Positions 55,318 to 64,000 of a stretch of 64,000 nucleotides of DNA are shown in pieces. The notes beneath the pieces are model-generated. The model saw only the letters and a program-made list of their open reading frames with translations, was not told the DNA's origin and ran no database searches. Position 1 is the first letter of the stretch, and each line of letters starts with the position of its first letter. Both the position numbers and the translations under genes were made by a program. The stretch comes from a bacterium (GTDB taxonomy: Bacteria; SZUA-182; DTGQ01). The stretch is from assembly GCA_040755755.1 (NCBI GenBank), contig JBFLZW010000031.1, positions 64,561 through 128,560 on the forward strand, given 5' to 3'.

Positions 55318-57054
55318 TTAGAAAAATTCCGGGAATTTAGAGCTCATTTCTCTCAAGACAAATTCCTCGATTTCTTTGGCCGTCGAGAAAGACATGGCCT
55401 TGTAGGCAAGCTCCGTAGCCTGCTCCAGCCGGACGGAACGGACAATCTGCTTGATGATCGGGATCGAAGCCGTGTTCATGCTGAACTCATCCAGCTCCAA
55501 CCCTAACAGAATCAAAGTCGATAGCGGATCCCCTGCCATTTCTCCGCACATCCCTACCGGGATGCCCTCGGAGTGCCCTGCCTCCACCGTGCGCTTGATC
55601 AATCGAAGAACAGCCGGGTGCAGCGGCTCATACAGGTAGGCCACATGCTCGTTTCCCCGGTCGATGGCGATGGAATACTGGATCAGATCGTTGGTGCCGA
55701 TGCTGAAAAAATCTGCCTCCTTGGCCAGCAGGTCAGCGGTAATTGAAGCCGAGGGGATTTCGATCATTACGCCGACCGGGATGTCCTCGTCAAAATAAAT
55801 TCCCTCCGACGACAACTCGTCCTTGACTTCGGCCAGAATGAGATTGGCCTGCTGGAGTTCCTCGATACCGGAGATCATGGGGTACATGATGCGCAGTTTT
55901 CCATAGGCACTGGCCCGCAGAATTGCCCGCAACTGGAGGCGGAACAGGTCGGAGTGCTTCAGGGAGAACCGGATGGCGCGAAGGCCCAACACAGGGTTCG
56001 GCTCATCCATGACGTGCAGCTTGGATTCGATCTTGTCACCTCCAAGATCCAGGGTGCGGATAGTTGCCTGTCGGGGACTCACCTGCTCAGCCAGCCGCTT
56101 GTAGACACGGAAATGGTCTTCCTCCGTGGGTAATTTGGGGCTGTTCATATAGAAAAACTCGGTCCGGTACAATCCGATCCCTTCCGCTCCCCGGCTCAGT
56201 ACATGGGGAATATCATCCAGGAATTCGATATTGGCCATGATTTCTATTTTATATCCATCCAGGGTTTCGGCCGGCTGGTCAGTATATTTCAAAAGCTCCT
56301 GAATGACATATTTGAATCTGCGCTGCTTTTCCAGATAATCGCGAAACTCTTCCGGGGTCGGTTTGACGATAACCACCCCATCGGTCCCATCGATGATGAT
56401 CGGATCTCCGGTCTTGACAAAGGTGCAGATGTTCTCCAGACCTACCACTGCCGGGATTTCCAGCGAACGGGCCATAATGGCCGTATGTGAAGTCCGGGCC
56501 CCAAGGTCCGTGGCGAAGCCGATTACCCTCCCCCGGTGCATCTGAGCGGTATCGGCTGGTGACAAATCGTGGGCAACAACGATAACATCCTCCTCAAACC
56601 CGTCGAGGCTCCTCATTTTTTCCCCTACCAGGTTATGCAGGATCCTTTGCCCTACGTGTTCGATGTCACTTTTGCGCTCCTTCATGTACGGATCTTCGAT
56701 CTGGTCAAAAATATTGGCGAACCGGGTCAATACCTTTCGTAATGCCCACTCGGCATTGACCCGTTCTTCCCTGACGATATTTATGGCTTCATTAACCAGC
56801 ATCTCATCTTCGAGAATAAGAATGTGGACATCCACGATATGAGCATGCCCCTGGTCACCAAGGTCGTGGGTGAGTTTCTCCTTTACCTGCAAGAGCTGCT
56901 CGCGGGATTTTTGCAGGGCATCCATGAATCGGGCGACTTCTTCCTCGACCATGTCACCAGCGATGGTAAATTTTTCAACCTTGATTTTTCTTCTATCCAG
57001 TAAAAAAGCTTTACCGATGCTGATGCCTGGTGATACCCCTACTCCTTTCAGCAT
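55318..57054 (-). CDS. ptsI: phosphoenolpyruvate-protein phosphotransferase (PTS enzyme I)
   Basis: 578 aa. Phospho-His region GGRTSHTAIMARSLEIPAVVG and the PEP-utilising C-terminal domain. Confidence 0.95.
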   Translation of the reverse strand: MLKGVGVSPGISIGKAFLLDRRKIKVEKFTIAGDMVEEEVARFMDALQKSREQLLQVKEKLTHDLGDQGHAHIVDVHILILEDEMLVNEAINIVREERVNAEWALRKVLTRFANIFDQIEDPYMKERKSDIEHVGQRILHNLVGEKMRSLDGFEEDVIVVAHDLSPADTAQMHRGRVIGFATDLGARTSHTAIMARSLEIPAVVGLENICTFVKTGDPIIIDGTDGVVIVKPTPEEFRDYLEKQRRFKYVIQELLKYTDQPAETLDGYKIEIMANIEFLDDIPHVLSRGAEGIGLYRTEFFYMNSPKLPTEEDHFRVYKRLAEQVSPRQATIRTLDLGGDKIESKLHVMDEPNPVLGLRAIRFSLKHSDLFRLQLRAILRASAYGKLRIMYPMISGIEELQQANLILAEVKDELSSEGIYFDEDIPVGVMIEIPSASITADLLAKEADFFSIGTNDLIQYSIAIDRGNEHVAYLYEPLHPAVLRLIKRTVEAGHSEGIPVGMCGEMAGDPLSTLILLGLELDEFSMNTASIPIIKQIVRSVRLEQATELAYKAMSFSTAKEIEEFVLREMSSKFPEFF

Positions 57055-57106
57055 TAAAAATCAGCCTCCCTGCTTTGACCTCAATCTTGAGGTAAGAATC
57101 CAGAAT

Positions 57107-57173
57107 CCAGGAGTCAGAAGTCAGAAGTCAGAATAAATACTCTTTTCTCCTGGCTCCTGACTCCTGACTCCTG
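57107..57173. repeat. GTCAG-repeat hairpin element between ptsH and ptsI (CCAGGAGTCAGAAGTCAGAAGTCAG...CTGGCTCCTGACTCCTGACTCCTG)
   Basis: 24-bp imperfect inverted repeat with a ~18-nt loop. Same GTCAG/CTGAC unit as 47489-47535. Confidence 0.5.
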
Positions 57174-57179
57174 TCTTTT

Positions 57180-57449
57180 TTAATTTTTTTCCCCGAATTT
57201 ATCTTCAATCAGTTCTATCAGCTTTGTCAGAAGCTCCTGCGCATCGGAACCATTCACATCGACCAACAGCTCACTGCCCAGTGGAGCATCCAGGGTCAAT
57301 ATTCCGAGGAGGCTTTTCCCATTGGCCGTAACGTCCCCTTTCTGAATGGTTATTTCTGAAGTATACTTATTGGCCAGATTGACAATCTGACTGGCAGCTC
57401 GTGCATGTAAGCCCAACTTATTTTTAATAAATACTGTCTGCTTTGGCAT
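57180..57449 (-). CDS. ptsH: phosphocarrier protein HPr
   Basis: His15 region GLHARAAS and Ser46 region GKSLLGILTL. 89 aa. Confidence 0.9.
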   Translation of the reverse strand: MPKQTVFIKNKLGLHARAASQIVNLANKYTSEITIQKGDVTANGKSLLGILTLDAPLGSELLVDVNGSDAQELLTKLIELIEDKFGEKN

Positions 57450-57512
57450 ATCTTCCCCCGGCAGATTGACGAGCGGATGAGAACCACAAAGAGAGAATGT
57501 TATACTTTATAC

Positions 57513-58298
57513 CTATATGATATTCAATAATCCTAACAAGATACAAGTGCTGCTGGTAATAAGCAATACTTTAATCAAGGTAATCTTTCGACGAAAAAGC
57601 TCTGAAATTACGAGAACTCCGAACAGTAATCCCAGCTTGTCCAGTGCACTGCGCCATGGCCACACTGGTTTACAATCCCATTTTATCACAACTGGGATCA
57701 TCGCTCCAAGAACAATCATCAGAAAAGATTTCAGATAAGCGCTGTATCGGAATAAATCGTACTTTCGAATCCTTTCCACAATTCTCCTCTCAAGAACATA
57801 ACCCTGCCAAAAGCCGAAAAATTTTACGTAGAAGTGAGGGATATTGTAGATGAGAAGGAAGGCAAGGGGAGCATATTCCCAGCCGGCCAGGGCCAGAGCG
57901 GCAGCCAGGACGCCAAGGAACGGCCGCCAGGAAGCCCAGAAAAAAGAATCCCCCAAAGCGCCCATCGGCCCCATCATTGCCTTTTTAAACGTCAGGATGT
58001 CTTCTGTCCGGATACCTTCGCCCTGAGCATGTTTTTCCTCCATTTTAATAATAGCCCCCAGAACAAAAGAGGCCATATAGGGGTGGGAATTGTAGAACTC
58101 AAGATGCCGCAGCAGGGCTGCCTCCCGTTCTTTCCGGTCCGGGTAAATTCTCCGGAGGGCAGGAAGAGCGGAAAAGGTAAAACCGAGATTTTGCATTTTC
58201 CTGAAATTCCAGCTCCCCTGGAAGATAAACGAACGAAAAACAACCCGGAGTAAATCGACCTTCCGCAGGCAGACAGCGCTTTGTGTACGTGATTTCAC
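57513..58298 (-). CDS. PTS mannose/fructose/sorbose-family EIID component
   Basis: FQGSWNFRKMQNLGF...HLEFYNSHPYMASFVLG motifs of EIID(Man). Confidence 0.85.
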   Translation of the reverse strand: MKSRTQSAVCLRKVDLLRVVFRSFIFQGSWNFRKMQNLGFTFSALPALRRIYPDRKEREAALLRHLEFYNSHPYMASFVLGAIIKMEEKHAQGEGIRTEDILTFKKAMMGPMGALGDSFFWASWRPFLGVLAAALALAGWEYAPLAFLLIYNIPHFYVKFFGFWQGYVLERRIVERIRKYDLFRYSAYLKSFLMIVLGAMIPVVIKWDCKPVWPWRSALDKLGLLFGVLVISELFRRKITLIKVLLITSSTCILLGLLNII

Positions 58299-58299
58299 A

Positions 58300-59085
58300 T
58301 TACCCCCTGCTCCACTTTCCCTTTATGGATTCCTTCAATCCATACAGCACACTCAGAAGGAGGGACGGGACCCCAAAGGCCATCCAGCACGGAAGAGGCC
58401 AGAGAGAGGAAAGCAGTGTGGCCAACAGAAAGCTCAAGGCAAACAGCCAGTACATATCTTTACTGCGAAAGGCATCGAAGAGCAGGGCGATGCCAATCAT
58501 CGGATAGGCAAAATACAAAAGCTTTAATCCACGATATAATCCCGGGGGAAATAAGGGGGCAATCCGCTGGAGAAGCGGGACGGTAATGAGCAGACTTATC
58601 AGGCACAGGCTGAATGAGCGAAGATAGAACAACCCGATCCCGCTGAAGTGGAGAAGATCGATTTTCCTTGATGTTTTTCCCGTGACCGCTGCCTGGACCT
58701 GATCGCAGATCCTGCCATTGGCCTTTCTGACCAGGATGCTCACCCGCTGGGCAAGGATCGAGAAGGGGATCGCCAATAAAATGGCCAGGCTGATCAGGGA
58801 CTCGCGGGAGCCTGGAAAAAATGGCCCGGCCAAAAGGCAGATTCCGGCAGCAATAACTGCTGCCATCGATCCGTCCAGGGGGACTGAACATCCGATCGGC
58901 AAAAGGTAAACCATCATAAGCTCAAGGAATGCCCCTATCACCAGTCCGGCATGCAAATCTCCAAACATCCATCCAAGCAGAGGAGCAGCCACAACCGGCT
59001 GCGAAATCATTATTTGAGTCAGCGAAACATCATCTAAATTTATCAGCCCGCCGATGAGACTGATTTCAAGGATTTGCTGAATCAC
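58300..59085 (-). CDS. PTS mannose-family EIIC component
   Basis: Polytopic membrane protein with the EIIC(Man) N-terminal pattern (MISQPVVAAPLLGWMFGD). 1-nt spacing to the EIID gene. Confidence 0.8.
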   Translation of the reverse strand: MIQQILEISLIGGLINLDDVSLTQIMISQPVVAAPLLGWMFGDLHAGLVIGAFLELMMVYLLPIGCSVPLDGSMAAVIAAGICLLAGPFFPGSRESLISLAILLAIPFSILAQRVSILVRKANGRICDQVQAAVTGKTSRKIDLLHFSGIGLFYLRSFSLCLISLLITVPLLQRIAPLFPPGLYRGLKLLYFAYPMIGIALLFDAFRSKDMYWLFALSFLLATLLSSLWPLPCWMAFGVPSLLLSVLYGLKESIKGKWSRG

Positions 59086-59120
59086 CCTAACCTCTTAATC
59101 CTGAGCCTTGCATTGATTTA

Positions 59121-59176
59121 AGTGGTCAGTGGCCAGTAATTAGTGACCAGTGGTCAGTAAAAAACTGATAACTGAT
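59121..59176. repeat. eight tandem heptamers of the AGTGGTC family (AGTGGTC AGTGGCC AGTAATT AGTGACC AGTGGTC AGTAAAA AACTGAT AACTGAT)
   Basis: Read directly. Lies between the GH57 stop and the EIIC start. Same unit as 47449-47483. Confidence 0.55.
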
Positions 59177-59189
59177 ACTTCTCTCTTGC

Positions 59190-61367
59190 CTAGTTATGGC
59201 TGTAATTGGAAACCTGCATCCGGAAGCGGCAGGTCCATCCCTCCCCTGCGGCTAAGTTGATATCCCAGTAGGGAAGGATAACCGAGCTCTGATAAACTCT
59301 TTCAAACCCTGATTCAGAATTTGAGGCGGTTTCGATCGGGAATCTCCAGATGCCGGGGTAGTCAGCAAAATCGAAAGAGACAATCAGACCAAGGGCTTCA
59401 TCCACCAGTTGAATCTGCTCGACCTGCTCCAGGGTTCCCCAACTGGCCAGTTGCCGATCCTTGAGGGCAATGCCGGGTACTTGATAATACCTGTCCGCAC
59501 TTCGTCCGGCCAGAAGGTTCACATTGAATTCTACTCCGAATCGGCATCGAACGGTCGATTTCCCTAAATTGACCAGTTGATACTCGAAAGCTAATTCCGA
59601 TTTATCTGCCTGAACCCTCACCGCTTTTTCAACGCGGAATGGGATATGCTCTCCATCGATCAGCAGGGAACCATCCCGGGAAAGAATAAGGTGGAGCATG
59701 TCCTGAGTCGATTGAAGTTGCTGTTTCTGGTAATTTCCGGTAATAAAATCCCCATATTCCTGATGTTGTAACCGGCTGAACTCCTTGAGTGTGGTGACAG
59801 GAGGGAAGAAATGATCGAGCAGGCAGTTGCGGGCATATTGATCATAATAAAGCAGCTCAGCCAGATCCTTTTCCTTGCTGACCGTAATCTCATGGATGCT
59901 CTTTACCCCATAGCTGTCATCCTGATCCACTCCTATGTGTGCTCCCTGCTGCAGTTTCTGGTGATACGTTTCCCGTCTGCGCATGAGAGAGTTGATCAGG
60001 TTAAAGGCTTTTGGCCGGTAGTCCAGTTCGTTGATCGTGCCCCCTGCGTCCATGTCAAGCCAGAACATCAGACTGGATGTTTTGACCAGGATTTCCTCTC
60101 TTCCGTCGCCATCCATGTCCACTGGCAGGCAATCGATCCAGCTCTCCGTCGGATGAAGCCGCTCATCGATGATGTTCTCTGCCTTGATCAGGTGATTATA
60201 GACTCCATCCCGCAAATGCGGGAGGTAGAGCCCGCCAAAAAGGCCGTGCCAGTAAGCATCATTGCATTGGCCTTTCCAGAGCTCATCCCGTGCCCGATCC
60301 AGCCATTGCTGAGAAGAATCCGCGGATGCCCCTTTACTCTGATACTGTTCGATCTGCTTACTCACCCAGAGCATTTTCTGATAGAGGTTGTTGCTCTCCG
60401 AATACTTGCTCAAAAAGTTGCGCCAGAAACCTCCCTTGACAAAGGGTTTGGCTCTCTGAGGGAACTCTTTGGTATTACTGATCATTCTTTCCAGAGCAAT
60501 AAATTCCTCCGCCGTCTGGATCGGCAGTGCCCACTCCTCCATCTCCGAATACGAGGCGGTCGGCAAATAAACTTTTCCCAGCGGAGGAAACTTGTCCACA
60601 TATTCGCCGTAAGTTATTGTTTCAAGAACATCCTGATTTTCTTCAACCAGGCTGAAGAACTGATCCAGCCAGCCCTGATTATAAACCAGATCATAGGTAC
60701 CCGGCCAGACACCGAATTTTTCTCCGTCATCGGCCATAACCCGCAGATTCCCCCTCCCCCGGTTTTCATGCAGCAGATAATCGATCGTCATCCGGGGGGA
60801 TTTAAATGGAATCGTATATCGCAGATACTTGCTGCCGGGGAAGACTTTCAGCAGGTTTCCCTGCTCCTCGGTAAGGTAATAACCCCACAGTTCCTCTTCA
60901 CGAATGCCGGCGGATCGAAAATGCAGGTCATCTACCGCCAGATACTCAATTTCAGCCTCTCGAATGTAGCGCACCAGATGCGGCTCCCACACCCGCTCGG
61001 CCAGCCACATGCCCCTCGGTGTGGTATGAAAGCGTTCTTTGAGAAACCGGTTCAATTTTTTAATCTGGCCAACCTTATCCACATCCGGGAGAATCGGTAA
61101 AATCGGTTCATAATAGCCGCCGCTCAATAATTCTACCTGTCCCCGCTCGATCATGTCAGCCACGATATCCAAAAGAGGAGAGGATTTTTCCAAAAACCAG
61201 TTCCAGAGTGTTCCTGAATAGTGGAGACTTATCTTGATTCCGGGATGTCTTTTCAACACCTCCCAAAAGGGAAAATATGCTTTCTGGTAACATCCTTCGA
61301 AAACAAAATCAAAGTTTCCTATCGGCTGGTGATTATGAATTCCCAAAATAAGGTATTGTTTTTCCAA
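59190..61367 (-). CDS. glycoside hydrolase family 57 protein (alpha-amylase/4-alpha-glucanotransferase-like)
   Basis: 725 aa. N-terminus LILGIHNHQPIGNFDFVFE...YEPILPIL and the WLAERVWEP/EY region are characteristic of GH57 catalytic domains. Confidence 0.85.
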   Translation of the reverse strand: MEKQYLILGIHNHQPIGNFDFVFEGCYQKAYFPFWEVLKRHPGIKISLHYSGTLWNWFLEKSSPLLDIVADMIERGQVELLSGGYYEPILPILPDVDKVGQIKKLNRFLKERFHTTPRGMWLAERVWEPHLVRYIREAEIEYLAVDDLHFRSAGIREEELWGYYLTEEQGNLLKVFPGSKYLRYTIPFKSPRMTIDYLLHENRGRGNLRVMADDGEKFGVWPGTYDLVYNQGWLDQFFSLVEENQDVLETITYGEYVDKFPPLGKVYLPTASYSEMEEWALPIQTAEEFIALERMISNTKEFPQRAKPFVKGGFWRNFLSKYSESNNLYQKMLWVSKQIEQYQSKGASADSSQQWLDRARDELWKGQCNDAYWHGLFGGLYLPHLRDGVYNHLIKAENIIDERLHPTESWIDCLPVDMDGDGREEILVKTSSLMFWLDMDAGGTINELDYRPKAFNLINSLMRRRETYHQKLQQGAHIGVDQDDSYGVKSIHEITVSKEKDLAELLYYDQYARNCLLDHFFPPVTTLKEFSRLQHQEYGDFITGNYQKQQLQSTQDMLHLILSRDGSLLIDGEHIPFRVEKAVRVQADKSELAFEYQLVNLGKSTVRCRFGVEFNVNLLAGRSADRYYQVPGIALKDRQLASWGTLEQVEQIQLVDEALGLIVSFDFADYPGIWRFPIETASNSESGFERVYQSSVILPYWDINLAAGEGWTCRFRMQVSNYSHN

Positions 61368-61426
61368 AATCTATCTCCATCAAAAGTATGAGATACCGTC
61401 AATCTGGCTTTGGCCAGGCTTTGATT

Positions 61427-61921
61427 TTACTTGCGCCCGATTAACTTCTGGTACAGGGGAATGTCCTGCAAATCGATCTGCTTATCCTGAGGGAGAGCAC
61501 GCAAATCCAAATGAACCCCGCTTTTCTGAATGTCCACCAGGTAGGAAGCCTCCTCTGCCTTAATTGCTATGTTGCTCTGAATCTCTATCTCTCCGGAATG
61601 AACACACCCCAGGTTCACTTCCCGGATTGGAAAACCCAGATCCAGGGACCTTTTGAAGTCCTTCAATTTGGAAAACAGGACGATAACATTTTTGTCCGGC
61701 AAATCGTGGCTGAGACATTTTTCTACGGTCAGGGCAATACTGTAAGCTTCTACCTTGATATTTTCCGGTACGGCAAGTTTCATGACTTCCAACCGAAGCT
61801 CATCTTTTTCAACTTCATCATCAGCAACAATAATCATGCTTGCCTTCAGGAATTTCGCCCATCCGACAATCACTTGGCCGTGAATTAATCTTTCATCGAT
61901 CCGTACTAAAACTATCGGCAT
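61427..61921 (-). CDS. PTS mannose-family EIIB component
   Basis: MPIVLVRIDERLIHGQVIVGW contains the EIIB(Man) phospho-His. Confidence 0.85.
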   Translation of the reverse strand: MPIVLVRIDERLIHGQVIVGWAKFLKASMIIVADDEVEKDELRLEVMKLAVPENIKVEAYSIALTVEKCLSHDLPDKNVIVLFSKLKDFKRSLDLGFPIREVNLGCVHSGEIEIQSNIAIKAEEASYLVDIQKSGVHLDLRALPQDKQIDLQDIPLYQKLIGRK

Positions 61922-62003
61922 AAATGTATCTACACTTTGTTAAAAAATGAACTAACCGGGGAAAGGGGGTTCTGGACTCAAAGCTTACTGCCAGTACCTG
62001 CCC

Positions 62004-62427
62004 CTATAATTTAACTTTTTTCTCTTCGAGTTTCTTGTTTAAGAGGTCACTGGCGATAATAATCTTTTCCCGACCGTAGATAAAGACGGTCTCTTTGATT
62101 TCCTCCAGGCAGTGCCCTTCACGATACGTAGCCAGCTTTAACAGCATGGGAAGGTTCACGCCCGTAACAACCTCGATACGCTTCGTGGACAAAAAGGATA
62201 AGCTCAGGTTTGAGGGACTTCCTCCGAACATATCCGTTAAAATCAAAACTCCCGAACCGGAATCCACCGCTTCGATGGCTTTCTGTATATCGTGCATCGC
62301 CTGCTCTACCCCGTTTCTCGAATCTACTGAAACGGCCTTCATTTTCGGAAGCGAACCGACAATAAGCTCAGAGCTTTTCAGCAGCTCTTCCGCCAGGTTC
62401 CCGTGAGCGACGATAACTACTCCCACC
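62004..62427 (-). CDS. PTS mannose-family EIIA component
   Basis: MVGVVIVAHGNLAEELL...LILTDMFGGSP is the EIIA(Man) fold with His10. Confidence 0.85.
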
Positions 62428-62466
62428 ATGTTATTTTCCATTTTGTCCTCACTTAAGTAGTAAAGC

Positions 62467-63426
62467 TCAAATAAGTTTGGCCTTGGATTTTTTGCTCAGT
62501 ATATCGATCACCTTCTGATCAAAGTCACGGGCTGAGTAATAACCGCTTTCCTTTAAGAGCTGATTTCGGGCTGCAACCTCAATAATAATGGCCATGTTTC
62601 TCCCCGGAGCTACCGGCATTTTAATTAACGGCACCTCAACTCCCAGGATATTCACCGTACTTTCCTTCAGCCCCAGTCGATCATACTCATACTCTTTTTT
62701 CCACTCTTCCATCACTACCGCAAGCTCTATCTTTTTTCGGTAACGGACAGCAGCCACTCCAAAGAGGTCTTTAATGTTGATGATTCCAAGGCCCCGCAGC
62801 TCCATATGATAGCGGATCATCTCCGGGCCGCTGCCAATCAGCACGTCAGGGGGCAGCAGTTTGATGTTGACCATGTCATCCGAAATCAACCGATGTCCTC
62901 GAACAATAAGGTCCAGCGCGCATTCACTCTTACCGATGCTGCTCTTGCCAAGCAGGAGAACTCCCCGTCCGTAGATGTCCATCAGAACACCATGAATGCT
63001 CGTTTCCAGGGCTAACTTCTCTTCCATGTAAGTTGAAATCTGACGGATAAAAATCGAACTTTGGAGACTGGATTGCAATATGGGGATTTTATACTTGTTT
63101 CCTACCGAAATCAGCTCCGGCGGCGGCAGCATGCTCTTGGTGAGAATAAAGCAGGAAATAGGTATTTGGCAAATAGCCTCTAAGACTTCCTGACGACGCT
63201 CACTGGAGAGGGTGTCCATAAAGGACACTTCGGTACTTCCTAAGACCTGGACCCGTTCTGCCCGTATCTGGGCAAAATACCCTGCCAGCGCCAGCCCCGG
63301 TTTTTGAATGCGAGGGGAGGTAATCTTGCGGTCGAGCCCTTCGTCCCCATTCAGGACTTTCAATTGCAGCCGTTCCGCCTGCTCGTTTACGAGCTCCCGG
63401 ATGGTTAAGCATTTCTGGACGAGCAT
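62467..63426 (-). CDS. hprK: HPr kinase/phosphorylase
   Basis: P-loop GKSSIGKSECALDL and the HprK signature region LEMRGLGIINI. 319 aa. Confidence 0.95.
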   Translation of the reverse strand: MLVQKCLTIRELVNEQAERLQLKVLNGDEGLDRKITSPRIQKPGLALAGYFAQIRAERVQVLGSTEVSFMDTLSSERRQEVLEAICQIPISCFILTKSMLPPPELISVGNKYKIPILQSSLQSSIFIRQISTYMEEKLALETSIHGVLMDIYGRGVLLLGKSSIGKSECALDLIVRGHRLISDDMVNIKLLPPDVLIGSGPEMIRYHMELRGLGIINIKDLFGVAAVRYRKKIELAVVMEEWKKEYEYDRLGLKESTVNILGVEVPLIKMPVAPGRNMAIIIEVAARNQLLKESGYYSARDFDQKVIDILSKKSKAKLI

Positions 63427-63436
63427 TCTTGCGTGT

Positions 63437-63904
63437 TTATCCTATAACGTCTTTTTCTTCATCGGCAATGGCCTGGTAAATGTCTCTGCCACTTTTAGCC
63501 TGCATTAATGCCTCTCGGAAGGTTGTTTTTTTCAGGAGCCGGGAAATTCTGGCCAGTATCTTCAGATGCAAAGGCGCCGAATTCTCCGGTGCCAGAAACA
63601 GAAAGAAGAGGTGAGCGGGCTTATTATCCAGAGATTCGAAATTGATTCCCTTTCGTGACCGTCCGAAAGCGGCCACCAGCGTTTTTATGTCACTGAATTT
63701 GGCATGGGGAATGGCCACGCCGTCCCCTATCCCGGTACTGCCCAGCTTTTCTCTCTCCAGTAAAACCTCCAGAGCCTTATCAGCATTCCGTACCTGGTTG
63801 TTATTAACCAGAAGTTGAACTAATTCCCTGAGCACCCCCATCTTGGTTTCAGCTTTGAGATCTGCTTCAATAACCTCCTCCGGCAAATAATCCAAGACCC
63901 TCAT
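63437..63904 (-). CDS. ptsN: PTS IIA-like nitrogen regulatory protein PtsN (EIIA-Ntr)
   Basis: Fructose/mannitol-type EIIA fold with the GDGVAIPHAK active His. Sits upstream of hprK, as in rpoN-hpf-ptsN-hprK loci. Confidence 0.9.
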   Translation of the reverse strand: MRVLDYLPEEVIEADLKAETKMGVLRELVQLLVNNNQVRNADKALEVLLEREKLGSTGIGDGVAIPHAKFSDIKTLVAAFGRSRKGINFESLDNKPAHLFFLFLAPENSAPLHLKILARISRLLKKTTFREALMQAKSGRDIYQAIADEEKDVIG

Positions 63905-63939
63905 AAAATTCCCTCCATTACGCGGACCATATCACTCTC

Positions 63940-64000
63940 TCACTGGAGCTCAGGCTCAATCAGTACCACTTTATCATCTTTAGACCGGTAAATTACACTG
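63940..64000 (-). CDS. hpf: 3' end of an upstream gene, possibly ribosome hibernation promoting factor (window edge)
   Basis: C-terminal ...SVIYRSKDDKVVLIEPELQ* resembles the long-HPF C-terminal domain ending (VIYRR.DG..GLIEPE). Only 20 codons are visible. Confidence 0.35.
   Translation of the reverse strand, partial: SVIYRSKDDKVVLIEPELQ

Noticed and set aside
57174-57190. T-run after the ptsH-ptsI hairpin on the plus strand, as a plus-strand terminator
   Set aside because: There is no plus-strand gene upstream. The T-run is the complement of the A-rich last codons (EKN-stop) of ptsH on the minus strand.
59811-61100. 429-aa plus-strand ORF
   Set aside because: It is antisense to the GH57 gene, which carries conserved GH57 N-terminal motifs, and has no recognisable domain.

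Overview
This 64-kb window reads as a chromosomal segment of a moderately GC-rich Gram-negative bacterium. The gene content suggests an anaerobic deltaproteobacterium-like (Desulfobacterota-type) organism: two sigma-54 enhancer-binding proteins, SelA/SelB, a split transketolase, GH57, a PEGA-domain Ser/Thr kinase and a TreS-Pep2 fusion. This taxonomic guess is uncertain. Housekeeping blocks: (i) a glgE - treS/pep2 - glgB alpha-glucan (GlgE pathway) operon; (ii) nfi, galU, lon and an archaeal-type nicotinate phosphoribosyltransferase; (iii) a selA-selB operon translationally coupled (ATGA overlap) to a cobalamin-binding radical SAM gene, with a PspF-like sigma-54 activator upstream; (iv) tsaD and yibQ-ctpA-envC-ftsX-ftsE; (v) split tkt, KH protein and mazG; (vi) CIRCE-controlled hrcA-grpE followed by rsmE instead of dnaK; (vii) minimal sufC-sufB; (viii) pyrE and tRNA-Thr; (ix) a ptsN-hprK-EIIA/EIIB(Man)-GH57-EIIC/EIID-ptsH-ptsI cluster. 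Accessory or unusual content: a compact tandem-FHA / PP2C / S1-protease / PEGA-kinase module joined to two CsgG/LpoB-like lipoprotein genes, one of them fused to a Cys-less peroxiredoxin fold and TPR repeats. This module is my lead candidate for an undescribed system. Also present: three type II toxin-antitoxin pairs plus one decayed pair in low-GC islets; a 613-bp IS5-derived miniature element with terminal inverted repeats and a CTAG target duplication that contains the pncB-like stop codon; two same-orientation IS4-like transposase remnants bracketing a retropepsin-like protease gene and sufCB next to tRNA-Thr; a specialised NusG paralog with a palindromic leader; a Tyr/Thr-rich secreted low-complexity protein; and several intergenic repeat families (AGTGGTC heptamer arrays, GTCAG hairpins, and two elements with 20-26-bp terminal inverted repeats). 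No CRISPR array, rRNA or intact prophage was seen. All calls come from reading the sequence and ORF translations by eye. No database search was run.
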